A stretch of DNA of 62,880 nt, the filler included, from Choristocarpus tenellus KU-1152 (Eukaryota > Protista > Phaeophyceae), in assembly GCA_964200185.2 (NCBI GenBank). It is 13 parts of 13 records of this genome, joined end to end, with 100 filler letters (N's around TTAATTAATTAA, not from the genome) between each part and the next. Parts side by side here need not be neighbours in the genome. Positions count along the whole stretch, not along the records: positions 4,436 to 15,113 come from CAXNAD020002793.1; positions 15,214 to 19,065 come from CAXNAD020017571.1; positions 19,166 to 25,390 come from CAXNAD020008637.1; 10 more parts are not named here. One strand, given 5' to 3'. Position 1 is the first letter of the stretch. Every line of letters begins with the position of its first letter. Under the pieces are notes generated by a model. It worked only from the letters and a program-made list of their open reading frames with translations. It was not told the origin of the DNA and did no database searches. Position numbers and translations under genes: made by a program. Shown here one piece after another: positions 12,131-23,920 of the stretch.

Positions 12131-12494
12131 AAAGATATTGTGGTGAGATGGATTATGGTTCAAATACGGTAAACATTTCGGCGATAAATATATGCGCGCC
12201 TCGGCAAGAAAACGGAATGGTTCCTGGATGAGCTGGCTACACACATGGTGGGGGGAGGAGAAGAACAGGAGGATATAGCAGGAAAGGAGCGGTTAAATCC
12301 TGGCAACGCCAGATTTTCTCAGTAACTATACAAGTGGCACTGTCTAGACGTGTCATGCTTTTAAGCTGGTTTCACCAGGGAGATGGGCACGGAGGTTTTT
12401 TTTGAATTCTTGGGATGCCTCCCTAGCTCCTCACCCTGAGACATAGGAATAGGTAGATGGGAGGGGCAGGAAGGCAGTGGTATAACATAGATAA

Positions 12495-14549
12495 GGTGGT
12501 ACCAGTAGCTTCGCCCTATGTTTTTTTTTTTTTCACCGTATCGCCGCAAGAGATATACAGGAATGAAAAAACTTCGGTGAACGGGAACTATGTCCCGATC
12601 AAATAATGGAAAAAACGCAGGGGAATATCTCCGGCGCAATTTTGAAGGTCACGACTTGAAAGTGCACAAAACTGAAGTGGTTGGCTGAACTCCTTGTAGA
12701 AACCTGGTCCGGGGTAGGTCACTGCCCAAGTTTGGCTGGTGCAGCCCACCGAAAAAAAAAGAAGAGGAAGAACCCCCCCCCAAGATTTCCTCTTTTAACG
12801 CCTTTTGCAGACTTTCTGTGAGCACACACACACGTGACTTACACAACAACATGAACCACGACAGTGAGACAAGGAGAGCCGCCAAGGCCACTCTGCCCTC
12901 TGGATCTACCCTCGGCACCTTCTTTGTCGAGAGGGGTCGGAAAAACGAGTACAGTGTGAAACTCAGTGCGATGTTAGGTGACGAGAAAGTGCGAGTAGTG
13001 TGGCGCAGCAGCATCATCCAATCGCCAAAAGAACCACGCGGTCGCAAAACTGACGCTGAGAAAAGATGCACTGAAAGCATTACCACACAAACGTTGGGTC
13101 TTGAACCATGTAGGAGAACTGCTCTGCAGTCTCTGCCACCTCGGGAAAACAGGAAGAGAGCGGCGAGTCTATCACCAGTGGGGAAGCCTGGTCACGGTGG
13201 GCAAAGGAAACAGAGTGGCCGGCTGAAGGGAAGGTTGGGGAGGAGAGCAGTGCGACTTGGTGCTATTGCGCTCAGGAAACGCCTAAGCGAAAACGCGGGT
13301 GTAGAATATCTTAGTAGTCGACAGTTGCAGCAGGCCCTGGCTGTTTGGAAGCTGTGCGAGCTGGAGTGGCTTAAGGAAACGAGAAAGAAGGGATTAGGGT
13401 TGGGCTACAAGAGCTCTGAAGCACAAAAGAAGGTCGAATGGGCTCGCAAGGCGGAGGAGCAAGAGATCGTAACAAAGGCAGCTGTGGAGACTTCTCCACA
13501 CAACCAAATCCTTTATTTAGAAGAGGTTGCGAAGCAGGTGGAGGTAGCCATCGATGAGGACACCAGGGAAGAAGAGAAGCTGAGACTATTTGCACACCAA
13601 TGGTTTGATGTCTCCCACTTCTTGCAAGATGGCGTACATTCACTTTTGTTTCTGAACTTGGGGTTGGATGTATAAAGTTGATTAAGGCTTTTTCCCAGCC
13701 TGCATTCATTCGAGAAATCAACACAATTTTCGATCAACTCAAGTCTGTCCTCCCTCACTCTTGCGCTTTGATGATTAAATATCACCTGTCCAGGAAACAC
13801 GGACAACACCCATTTCCGGGGCTCAACAAGGAAATGTGATAGTTAAGACTCTAACACTGCGAAACCTGTACGTGTGTATGAACGACGGGAAAGACTGTCA
13901 AACGGTGCTTGGGATGGAAGCAGGATATGCGATGGTCAGGATGGAAACTGTGAGTAAGCGGGAGATAGACTTCCTAACTAAGGGCCACATCAAGTTGTCG
14001 GAGCAAGGGCACTATGAGAGGCGTTTCGTTCTGGGCCTTGACGAGGATATCCTTGCCGAGGTCAAAGAGTGGGTGTGCGAACACACAGGAAGAAAGGATT
14101 GGGAGGCTTTTTTCCCGCCTAAACCCTATACTTTAATCAAGTAATAGTGCATCTGTTGCCACTCTTGGTGACCTACAATCCGGGGTTCGAACCCCAACAT
14201 GAGCGCTCTTTCTTCAAAAAATAAAAAAGGACTCAAAGTATCTGGGAGGGTGTGGTGGCTGTCCATTTGGAGCCAATTTTTTCATCTTGCGATTTCTAGA
14301 CGATTCGGTTGCATACGTCGGATGGATAATGTAAGTGCACCTTTCCTGGTTATGGGCCAAATGGACACCCTGGTGCAGACCCCCTCCCCCCCACAGATAC
14401 TTTGGGTCAAAATGGCGATAAAAAAACGAAGCCCGTGCTCTAGAGGGCGGTGTGACGGGCATCACGAATATCCTTTATTTTTTCAATCCGATGTCTACAT
14501 GAAAGGTTATGACGGGACAACCCCTGAGGGCGAAGTTTCTGGTACCACT
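12495..14549 (+). mobile_element. IS630/Tc1-like TIR transposon, copy 2 (longer)
   Basis: TIRs GTGGTACCAGTAGCTTCGCCCT...AGGGCGAAGTTTCTGGTACCACT; ORFs 12818-13675 and 13836-14144 are homologous to 2065-2788. Confidence 0.7.
14230..14409. mobile_element. MITE, GGSTCAAAGTATCTGGG family
   Basis: TIR GACTCAAAGTATCTG / CAGATACTTTGGGTC; absent at the equivalent site of copy 1 (about 2865). Confidence 0.8.
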
Positions 14550-14943
14550 ATACTAGTAAAATATCTTTCACATTTACAACAACTGCCATGTGAATAGTTC
14601 TCATTGGTTTCCCCCCTGCACATCTGGAAAATGTCAGAGGGCATAATAATAAATATATATATAGTTAATACTATGACCACCCTTGAAAAAATAATAAGCA
14701 ACACGGAAATTAAAATAATTTTTCGAAATATTATATATATCCTGTATTCACGAATTCTGGATTAAACAGCGGATCATGATAATGGCGGATGGATCATTTC
14801 ATGGAGGATGGGTTTAACCGAATTGGTGCGCGGAAAGTGCCCATGTGTTTTTTTCGTGAATGTCATAAAACCTTTTTAGGGCCCCTTTTTGAATGGGAAT
14901 CCATGCCGAAGGCGGTAGTAGGACATATTTAATTGATGATAGA

Positions 14944-15050
14944 TACAGTACCTACCCCGATTTTGTGCCAAATCTGAAAATATTAAATTTTGTACCGCTT
15001 TTTTTCGACATGCTAAAAAAAATAGCACTTCGATGTAGTTTCTTTCGGGG
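14944..15050 (+). mobile_element. Tc1/pogo-like MITE end (TA-CAGTA terminus); related copies at about 30645-30808 (-) and 57588-57791 (+)
   Basis: Shared CAGTACCTACCCCGATTTTGTGCCAAA...TTTTTCGACATGCT at three loci. Confidence 0.6.
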
Positions 15051-15581
15051 TGGCGTTTCATCGTCATTATGGATGGTCGACCGAGTGAGAAGAAGTGTTA
15101 TTTTACCATATTANNNNNNNNNNNNNNNNNNNNNNNNNNNNNNNNNNNNNNNNNNNNTTAATTAATTAANNNNNNNNNNNNNNNNNNNNNNNNNNNNNNN
15201 NNNNNNNNNNNNNCCACCGGGCAGGTGAGAGGGCTTAGGGGATGCACATCGGTGTGGGGGGTTGACACTGCACTTTGCACCCATCCCCCCCCCCCTCCAG
15301 TAGTTTGCACTAGATGGCACCCATGTGAATTTGCACCTCCAATGAGCCCATATCGGATACTTAGAACCTTGTATGGTATGATGTACTCCAACTTCAATCA
15401 ATCAATTGTTCTTTTCAGTCATGTATTGATTTCGGTAGTTGAACTCCTTGCACCCCCTGACCTCCGTTTTTATTCCAGTCTCTCCATCTGTATCTGCCTT
15501 GGTTTGCTACAAAGGAAGTAATGTCACCTCTGTTTTAAGGAGTGCTATTAATACCATTTTGTTTTTATAATATTAATGCAG

Positions 15582-15620
15582 GAGAGGGACTAGGCCTGGG
15601 GTCGGGATGTTCTCCCAAAG
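15582..15620 (+). CDS. Possible 39-nt micro-exon of AP-4 epsilon
   Basis: Pyrimidine tract plus CAG acceptor and GTAAGT donor; phase 1/1 joins in frame to the acceptor before 16767. Confidence 0.35.
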
Positions 15621-16759
15621 GTAAGTGTGGTGATATAGTCCAATCAATATTAGTCGTATTCCGACAGGTTCTACTTTGTGGTACTGATGCTAAGGACAAA
15701 AAGGCGCTGCTAAAGTGTTTAGAGCCATCACAACATACCTCTCTCCCTCTCTCTCTCTGTGGGACTTGGAGTAGTCACATTGATATGAGTGCTGTTAAAG
15801 TAGTGTGTTGGAAATATTCAGACGTTACTATACCACCGAGACAGTTTCCTGATGACCAAGTCAGTGACTTGAGCACTGCCTAGCTTATTCCCTCGGGCAC
15901 CGGCCCAGTGATCTCCATGCACTCCCTGTATGGTCATCCCAATCTCTGCATTTATATTTTAGCCCCATGAGGGTTGGTGGTATCTAGTTGTTTCCTTCCA
16001 TTGCAGGGAGTCAGGGACGCTTGATTTATTGTGATACTACTGGCTGTTGCATCAAGGCTGTACTAGCCTCAAGGAGTACTCCTACCTTGATGGAATTGCG
16101 ATATTTTAATGCCTTGAATCACAGGGCGAGAATTTGAACTTCAACTTGGCTATTTCCTTGAACCCCCTTGGAGGGAGGATTGGGATAGAGTGCGAAATGT
16201 GCTGGAGGGCTGAATGGGAAATACGGAATTGAGAAGATTGGGAAAACAGATTTGGGAGTGCTGTGAGAACTAGTGGTGTGGTAGCGTACAGAAAATGACT
16301 GGCATTGCCCAAGTTTTTGATTGCCTAGGTAGTGAATTTTCACTACTTCACCAAGGCAGTCGTGTCAAGTGAGACTGCTGTTGCGGTAGTGATAATTTAG
16401 CAATGTCTCAATGTCTTGACCACAGTAATCTCACAGTAGCAGCTGCTTGTGTTGTCACTAAGTGTGTATGGTATTCTCACCCACAGCACTTCAGTACAGT
16501 GTGTGGTCTTGTACACCCTGTAGATGCATTGGATTGGATGCTCTCTTCGCAGGCTCTAGGTCTTTAGATAGTTGTGTTGATAGGTGTATGCCCACACTCA
16601 GGTTGTATCCTGTTGTGGCAATATGCCCCACCCCAACAACGATCAAAGACCCCCACCTAATTATTTGCCCTCAACACACTCCTAGGTGTATATATATATA
16701 TATGTAGACATCCATGTACACACACAAAATGACAATCGATTTTCTTACTACCTCTGCAG

Positions 16760-17761
16760 GCAACAGGTGAGGGAGATGATCCGCACAAGGCAGCACAACT
16801 GGCAGAGAAGCAGCGGATGGCAGCCATGCTGTTTGGCGGAGTGGCTTCCAATGCAGGTGGAGCGGGCGGGGCCGAGGGTGGGGGGAGGAGTTCTAGCAAT
16901 GGGGTGGGAGCTTCCCATGCGGGAGGAAAGCATCGCAGAGGCAGCAGTGGGGGCACGGGTGGCATCCTCCATCAGAACAAGGACTCTGGAGGGAGTACCA
17001 TCAACAAGGCTAATGCGCCATCACCCAGTTCTGCAGGACCGAGGGAGAGAGGAGGGGGTGGGGCCTTGCTGGACCTTACGAGCTGGGGGGATGAGCCAGG
17101 GGGAGAGGCTGGGGCTGGCACAGGGTCAGGGGTGGGAAAGGGCTCCACTAACACTTCACCGGCACCATCGTCTCTTGGGGGAGTGCTGCCTAAAGGAGAC
17201 CTGGATTTGCTGGGGTCTCCTGCACTGCAGGCAACTGCAACAGGTACACAGGCAACACCATCGCAAGGTTCATCAGTCAACCTACTTGGTGACCTGATAG
17301 GGAATGAGAAGTTCTCCTTGGGATCAAGTGAATCAGCTGTCGGAGGGGTTGGTGGGGGGGACCCTTCATCCACACCAGATACAGACCTTAGGAATCTCAT
17401 TCTTGAAGGACGAGGTGGTGTCAATGAAGGGGGTGGGGTGGAGGGATTGTCTGCTGTCATCTCTGCCCCAACCGTTGCGGGTTTTGTTCATGATGGGAAG
17501 GCAATGCAACCACTGAGGATTGATACGCAGGGGTTTGGACAGAGGTGGATGGTGTGCTCAGGGGAGAGCCAGGAACCAGAGGTGATGTGCGGTCCACTGG
17601 TGAAGTCACCCTCTCAGGTGGCCAGTCGCCTGGGAGAGAGGATGGGTATGCACACTGTTGAGGTCATCCCCCATACGTTGGAGGGGATTTTTGCTGGGGA
17701 TCTAAAGGGAGTTGCGGAGGCAGGGGGAGGAGAGAGGGAAGTGTGCCTGGTTCACTGCAAG
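16760..17761 (+). CDS. AP4E1: AP-4 adaptor complex subunit epsilon, large exon with hinge and appendage platform domain (partial gene)
   Basis: EKQRMAAMLFGG motif, Gly/Ser-rich hinge with LLDL/DLLG motifs, then MQPLRIDTQGFGQRW...MHTVEVIP..EGIFAG...CLVHCK; CAG acceptor (exon start 16760 or 16767) and GTAAGA donor at 17762. Confidence 0.8.
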
Positions 17762-19646
17762 GTAAGACTGTTAGCGATGAGTGATGGATGAAGTTTGCAA
17801 TCTCTTGCTTATTTTAGTGCTTTCATCAAGATCTTTCAGGAGGCATGTTGATTTTTTTTTCATTCTTGATGTGGAACAAAAAATTGCAGAAGCACCCAAT
17901 GTAGAGAGGAAGTCCTAACAGAGGGTGCACGTAGTGGGTTAACACATAAATGCAAAATGTAAGTTGTGTGTGTGGGAGGGCAGTGGGAGCTCATCGCTGC
18001 TGGGAGTACTGGGTTTAACATGCAAGGTTGATGAATGATCTGCATGTACAGCTTCTCTGTCTCAAGGGTCACATCATAATGTTTCTTGGTTTCAATCTCT
18101 ACCCCCCCCCCCCACATGGATGTGCGATACCAATGTTTTGCCCTTTCGGCGTAGTGCCACTCAATATCTTGAGCTCTTAGTCTCTTTGATGTGACAAGGG
18201 CTATTGATGTTAAAATACGGGTGAATTGGAACTTCCTAAAGAGGCAAGCGGGCATGGTAGTTCAACCTCCTGAAATAGTGACCGGTCCCCTTGACCATGT
18301 TGGTGTCACAGGTGTGGCCGGAGCGAGGTGTCATTGGCGTCACAGTACGTGCTCCAACGTCCTCTCTTGCAGCGGCTGCAGCAGCTTTTGCAAGGAATGC
18401 CCTCAGTCAATGACCCTCGAAACACTCCTTATTTGTCAGTCTGCATTCGTGTGGTTGCATGTCTGACCCTTCTCTTCCAACTTTTTCATGACGAAGGGTG
18501 TCATCTTGGTGCACTCATTTTGCCATCTCTATAACAAACCCCATGGATATTGCTTTGCCTTCTTTACTCCCTCTTTGACATTTAGGAAGGAAAGGCGGGC
18601 AGTTAGTTGACACGGATGTTGAGCTAGGGTATGAGCATTTTGGAATACATGGAGCATTGGCAGTGTGCTCATTGGATAGTTGGTAGAGTGGCGATGACTG
18701 AGTGTGCGAAATTGATCCTTTGGTCTCGAATCAGTGTTTCATGAACTTCTGTTGGTTGTCATCGTGTAAGGTTTTTGACAAGATAATGGATTCCTGCAAG
18801 TTTTTTTTTTAATCCTCTGATACTTCTCTTAAATGCACAGAAACTGTGTGGAACATTTGTGGTTAGCTGTTTAGTTAAACTATTTAGTGTGGGGAGGGCA
18901 AAATAGGCAGGTAGGCAACCAAAAGGAGAGGAGTAAAAATACATCCAAATAGTGTGGGTGAAATGTTGTAGTTTTGGTATATATTAATAGTGTATGACAG
19001 GAAGGTCCGCATTTTCCCAAGTACTGACTCAAAGTATCTGGGGGGGGGGGGGGATAAACCCAGGGNNNNNNNNNNNNNNNNNNNNNNNNNNNNNNNNNNN
19101 NNNNNNNNNTTAATTAATTAANNNNNNNNNNNNNNNNNNNNNNNNNNNNNNNNNNNNNNNNNNNNCTCCCTCCAGATACTTCGGGTCAACAGCATGGAGG
19201 ATCCACACACTATCCTGCACGGGTTGGAGTCGCTTCCTCTCCATGGGGAAGCTATCGTCTACCACGATTCTGCTTCCGCATGTCTCCTTGATGGGTAGGA
19301 GCAGCATTGAGTTCAACTCCGTGTTGTTCAGGACTTGTGTTATCCTGGTCATGGTAATGTTCTTCTCCTTTATGCATTTTCTTGCGTAATTAGGTTGTTC
19401 AACACTAGGTGCCCCAAAAAGGTAGCTTCATTTTCTGTCCCCACCTCCTTATCTGCAAGACTACACAGCACCAACTCTTCTGCATCGCCATCATGACTAA
19501 ACTGTGGCTTAGATAGAAGACAAGTGGGAGCTAAGTTGAGCGTGAGACACATATGTGGTGGAACAGAGGGAAATATGGCAAAGGACAAGAATCCCTGCGG
19601 ATGATAGAGTATGCTATACTATTTATTATAACAAGCAGTGCGTACA

Positions 19647-19903
19647 GAGTGAAAGTATCTTAGAGGGTACGAGTTTTGCCCTGTTTGTCCATTTTGGGGC
19701 TTGACTTCCCTTGGGTTTTTATGACATTTTCCTACTCAAAAATATTTCGGAGTAGGTAAAATGTATATGTTATGAAATGGTGTGTTTGGAACAAGGATGT
19801 TGACATGTCGTAACAAACACGATAGCCAAAATTACATTGAAATCGCAACACTGGATTTGGTCCCCAAATGGACGCGGCTTTACCCTCTAAGATATTTTGG
19901 CTC
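19647..19903 (+). mobile_element. MITE, GAGTSAAAGTATCTTAGAGGGTA family
   Basis: 23-bp TIRs; flanks TACA/TACT; near-identical copies at 39543-39802 and 46223-46482. Confidence 0.85.
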
Positions 19904-20682
19904 TACTACAGGTGACAAAGGACAGGTGTAGTCCCCGCGTCTGTGGTGGGTTGCATGCGAGGAGAAAGGTGGTGGTGTGGAACATGTACATCTTGGCAAG
20001 AGAATTCTTGACAATGCTCACCAGGATGACTGAGTCGTAGCTGCTGCCCAAGGCTCTCAAAATGGTGTCATGATCCCCATCCTCCTTATCCACAGACTCG
20101 ACATTAGACGGGGGCATGTTGTTCTCAGGAGTAAGACCTGAGCGGTTTATCAGTTTGGCCCTTACTCGACTTTCCACAGGATCCTGTACAAGAGGGATAG
20201 ACAGAGAGGCCATTAACAGGAACGGTTAATGGAACACTCTTTGAGAGTAGTACTTCACAACAATGTGTAAATAAGATAATTCACGAGAGGGCTAGAGCGA
20301 CTAAAGTGCACCATTCTTTTTTCCTCACATGGGAATGTAAGTATAAACGTTGATGTAGAGGTCATGTGTGGTGCTTTCTGTTTCTCTGGGACGTCCAGTT
20401 CATTGTAGAGGCAAACACTTGTCATGTATGAAGAATTCTTCATCGATATTGGTGGTATGAAGCATTAATTAGTGATCAGCCTTTTGAGTGTGACCTGATC
20501 TGGAAGAGAGAAATCTACTAAGCTTGGGCAAAGTACACTTCCAGATGGTTGCCCATGTATTGTTCGTCGGCGTTCATAGTGTGGTATACGCCTCTACCCT
20601 CCTGTGGCGCAGAAGGGCCTCTCCGCAATCAAGTTACTTGCCCTGTTAGTCAATATGACTGTGTCCTTAATGGAGGTGAAAA

Positions 20683-20979
20683 TGTTGAAAAGAGAGCACC
20701 AGAGTAGTATGTTGCGGCAGTAACTGTTGTTATGCTTTACATTGTGTGTGCTGGTACAACCATATAACTACAAGTTCCATCTATGTTTATGTTACGTCAA
20801 GTACAATAATACTAGTATCGTACACATACTGGAATGATATAAGATTGGTGACTGTGTCAGGTGGTACAACGACCCAGGTCTAGGCCCCAAAATATATATC
20901 AGTGTCGCTACATATCTTCTAGCCATACACCCAGCAGCAGTTCTTGATGATGAGTCTTCATACGCAAAGTTTTTCAACT
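20683..20979 (+). mobile_element. Diverged solo LTR, Copia-type
   Basis: TGTTGAAAA...TTTTCAAC ends; patchy similarity to the LTR at 40336-40603. Confidence 0.45.
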
Positions 20980-21904
20980 TGGTGTGGATTTCAAGGTGAA
21001 GATATTATAGTTAATGGATCTCACCTTATCGGGCAACAATATTGAGATATGTGCACACGTTGGACAAATCAAATCAGAGTTGTTTTGTATAAACTAAATT
21101 CAGACAAATCAATCCCCGTTCCTGCCATAAATCTGAATTGCGTACGTTGAGGCATATCCTTCTCACAAATCAAAGATAGAGGGGTAACCTTTTCATTTGT
21201 GGATCCCTATCACTTGTACACATCCACATTTCTGAGAGTGACGTGGGACAAATCTTTAGACCACCTGATGAGATGTTGACGAATTAATACACTGTGATTT
21301 GTACAACTCATGTTCACAAGGGTAATCACCATGGAGGGATTTCAAATCAATGTATCTGTAGCAGGTAACCTTTTGTACATCCTTTGCAGATAAGAGAGTG
21401 GTACGTACAAATACTCGTATATGTTTCATAGTCGGGTGAGCGGTACAAGAAAAATTATAGAGAGACATCTTTCATTTTTATGATAACTGTTACTTTTACA
21501 GGGGTCCTTGTGATATTGGTTTGACTTTCCTCCCGACACATCTGCAAAATGTCAGAGGGCATAATTATAAACTATTATCATGGCATAATGTCTTAAGCTA
21601 GGGTCCAATCAGTCGTGGGGGATGTTCAAAATCATCAGTTGTGTCACGATGCGGTGCTTTCAGCATACCCAAAGCTCTCTCAGTCATAAAATCTTAGAAG
21701 TTTGAACGGAATCTCAGATTCGATGGGTGACGTCACATCTTTGTGACTGTCAATGGCAAGTGGTCTGACAATTCTCAAGGGTTATCTGTGTTGATGTTGG
21801 TAGGAACTTCACCAATGACAAAGAAATGTGTGCGCAATGCACTTGTGTGTGCGTGCGGATGTGGATTGGACTGAGATCAGCTCCCAAAGGGACCTTGTCC
21901 GTCA

Positions 21905-22795
21905 CAATAATAATAATTTAATATTATGCCCTCTGGTATTTTACACATCTGTCAGGTGAAAAACCCAAAACCATTAAAATGTCAGAATAACCCCTACAAA
22001 AATAACAGTTGTCGTAAAAGTGAAAGACGTCAATCTATTTACTGTTTACTACCAGCTATGCTACACCGCTACCCTCCTGTGCTTCCCACCTAGCTTAGTC
22101 CTGTACCCCAGGGTGAGGAGCTAGGGAAGTATCTCAAGAATCTAACAAGCCTTTTAATATGATAAATATTTCATCATTATACCCTCTCACATTTTGTAGA
22201 TGTGTCAGGGGAAGAACCAATGAAAACTGTATGAATGTATAATATAATATAGTAAAATATCGAATAGATTAATATTTTTCACATCTATTACATGTGTTAC
22301 TTTTTTGGGGTTTATCCTAACATGTGAATAGGTTTTGTTGATTTTGACCCTGATACATCTACGAAATGTCAGAGGGCATAATACTAAAATATAATATTTA
22401 TTGACAAGCACATACACAAAAATCTTAAGAAAACTATTAACATGCCTGAAAAATCCCTTAATAAGAAGTAACAGTTGTCACAAAAGTGAAAAATGTTTAT
22501 CTATTTCTCTATTTCCTCTTTTACTATGTTGTACCACTGCCTTCCTGTGTCTCAAACCTATTCCTGCACCCCAGGGTGAGGACCCAGGGAAGCATCCCAA
22601 GAATCTAACAAACCCCTCCCTGCCCATCTCCCTGGTGACTCCAGCTTAAAACGCATGACCCATGTAGATAGGGCTACTTGTGTTGTGACTGAGACTATCT
22701 GGGGTAGGCGGGATTTGACGGCTCCTTTTCTGGTGTAGCCTCCAGTTCCTCTCCCCTTACCACTTGTGTAGCTATAGTAGCTCATCCAGGAAATG
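21905..22795 (-). mobile_element. Cluster of CRE-like 3' ends, mostly on the minus strand
   Basis: 22558-22785 translates KGAVKSRLPQIVSVTTQVALSTWVMRFKLESPGRW; hairpin/tail motifs at about 21920, 22175 and 22350. Confidence 0.75.
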
Positions 22796-22847
22796 TTCGT
22801 TCCAATATATATACATGTTTATAACAAAGGGGCACTGATACGAGGGC

Positions 22848-23092
22848 TGGCAACAGGTATATATATATGGAGTAGAAATAGGTAGATGTTTTGGTAAGTC
22901 ATAAAAGTTAAGGGATCCCAACATTAAACACAAGAGACGTCACGTCACCCAGAACCTTAACAGGGGTTCCTACGAGCGCTGACAACAGGTATATGGAATA
23001 GAAATAGGTAGATGTTTATAAGTTACAAAAGTTAAGGGATCCCAACATAAACACAAGAGACGTCACGTCACCCAGAACCTTAACAGGGGTTC
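22848..23092. repeat. Imperfect tandem duplication of about 115-125 bp
   Basis: CAACAGGTATA...GTTAAGGGATCCCAACAT...GAACCTTAACAGGGGTTCC occurs twice. Confidence 0.85.
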
Positions 23093-23399
23093 CACATCGT
23101 CCCACTTAAAAAAAGTGACAGTATTTAATAAGTAATTACTGACTGTAAATTTCAGTTGTGCCAACTAACCTAAAATTTGTAAACATCATTTTATACCTAT
23201 TAATTACAATATAAAATTTGTATGCAATTATTCTTTTATATTAAATGACAATGGAATATTGTGCAAATTGTTCTTCCTAAGAAATCATAATTGTAAGATT
23301 TGTATACAATAGTTCTATCCTGATAAATCACAACAGATCGTTTGTGTATCAAGATGCCCTACAAATAGATCAGTAATAAGTCTTCTCACAACACACGGA

Positions 23400-23920
23400 G
23401 AAACCTTTCTAGATGAGCTAGCTACGCACATGGTAAGGGGGAGAGCGGCAGGAGGTTATAGCAAGAAGGGGGCTGTCAAATCCCATCTACGATAGATAGT
23501 CTCTGTCACAACATAGGTAGCCCTATTCAGACGGGTCATGTGCTTTAAGTTGGGAACATAGCAAGAAGGGGGCTGTCAAATCCCATCTACGATAGATAGT
23601 CTCTGTCACAACATAGGTAGCCCTATTCAGACGGGTCATGTGCTTTAAGTTGGGAACACCAGGGAGATGGGCAAGGAGGGGCTTGTTAGATTCGTGGGAT
23701 GCCTTCCTAGCCCCTTACCCTGAAGTACAGGACTAAGCTAGGTTAGAGACATAGGAAGGGAACGGTGTAGCATTACTGGTAGTAAAATAGGGAATGAATG
23801 AATGTTTTGAACATTTATGACAATTGTTACTTTCTTAGGGTCTATTCTGACAACTGAACAGTCTTTGTTGATTTTTCCCGTGAAACTTCTACAAAATGTC
23901 AGAGGGGATAATAATAATGT
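23400..23920 (+). mobile_element. CRE-like 3' fragment with a perfect internal 100-bp tandem duplication (23458-23657)
   Basis: FLDELATHMV...; duplicated block ATAGCAAGAAGGGGG...TTGGGAAC; ends in hairpin plus ATAATAATAAT. Confidence 0.8.

Larger units (their letters stand above)
12196..14665 (+). mobile_element. CRE-like element (12196-12494 plus 14550-14665) split by a TIR transposon
   Basis: CRE ORF end and 3' UTR stop at 12494 and resume after 14549, ending in hairpin plus ATAATAAT. Confidence 0.7.

Noticed and set aside
16972-17460. Antisense Pro-rich ORF and alternative-frame ORFs
   Set aside because: Shadows of the Gly-rich AP-4 epsilon exon.
23458-23657. Perfect 100-bp tandem duplication as a functional repeat
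   Set aside because: Lies inside a dead element and includes a stop codon; recent slippage or assembly artefact is more likely.
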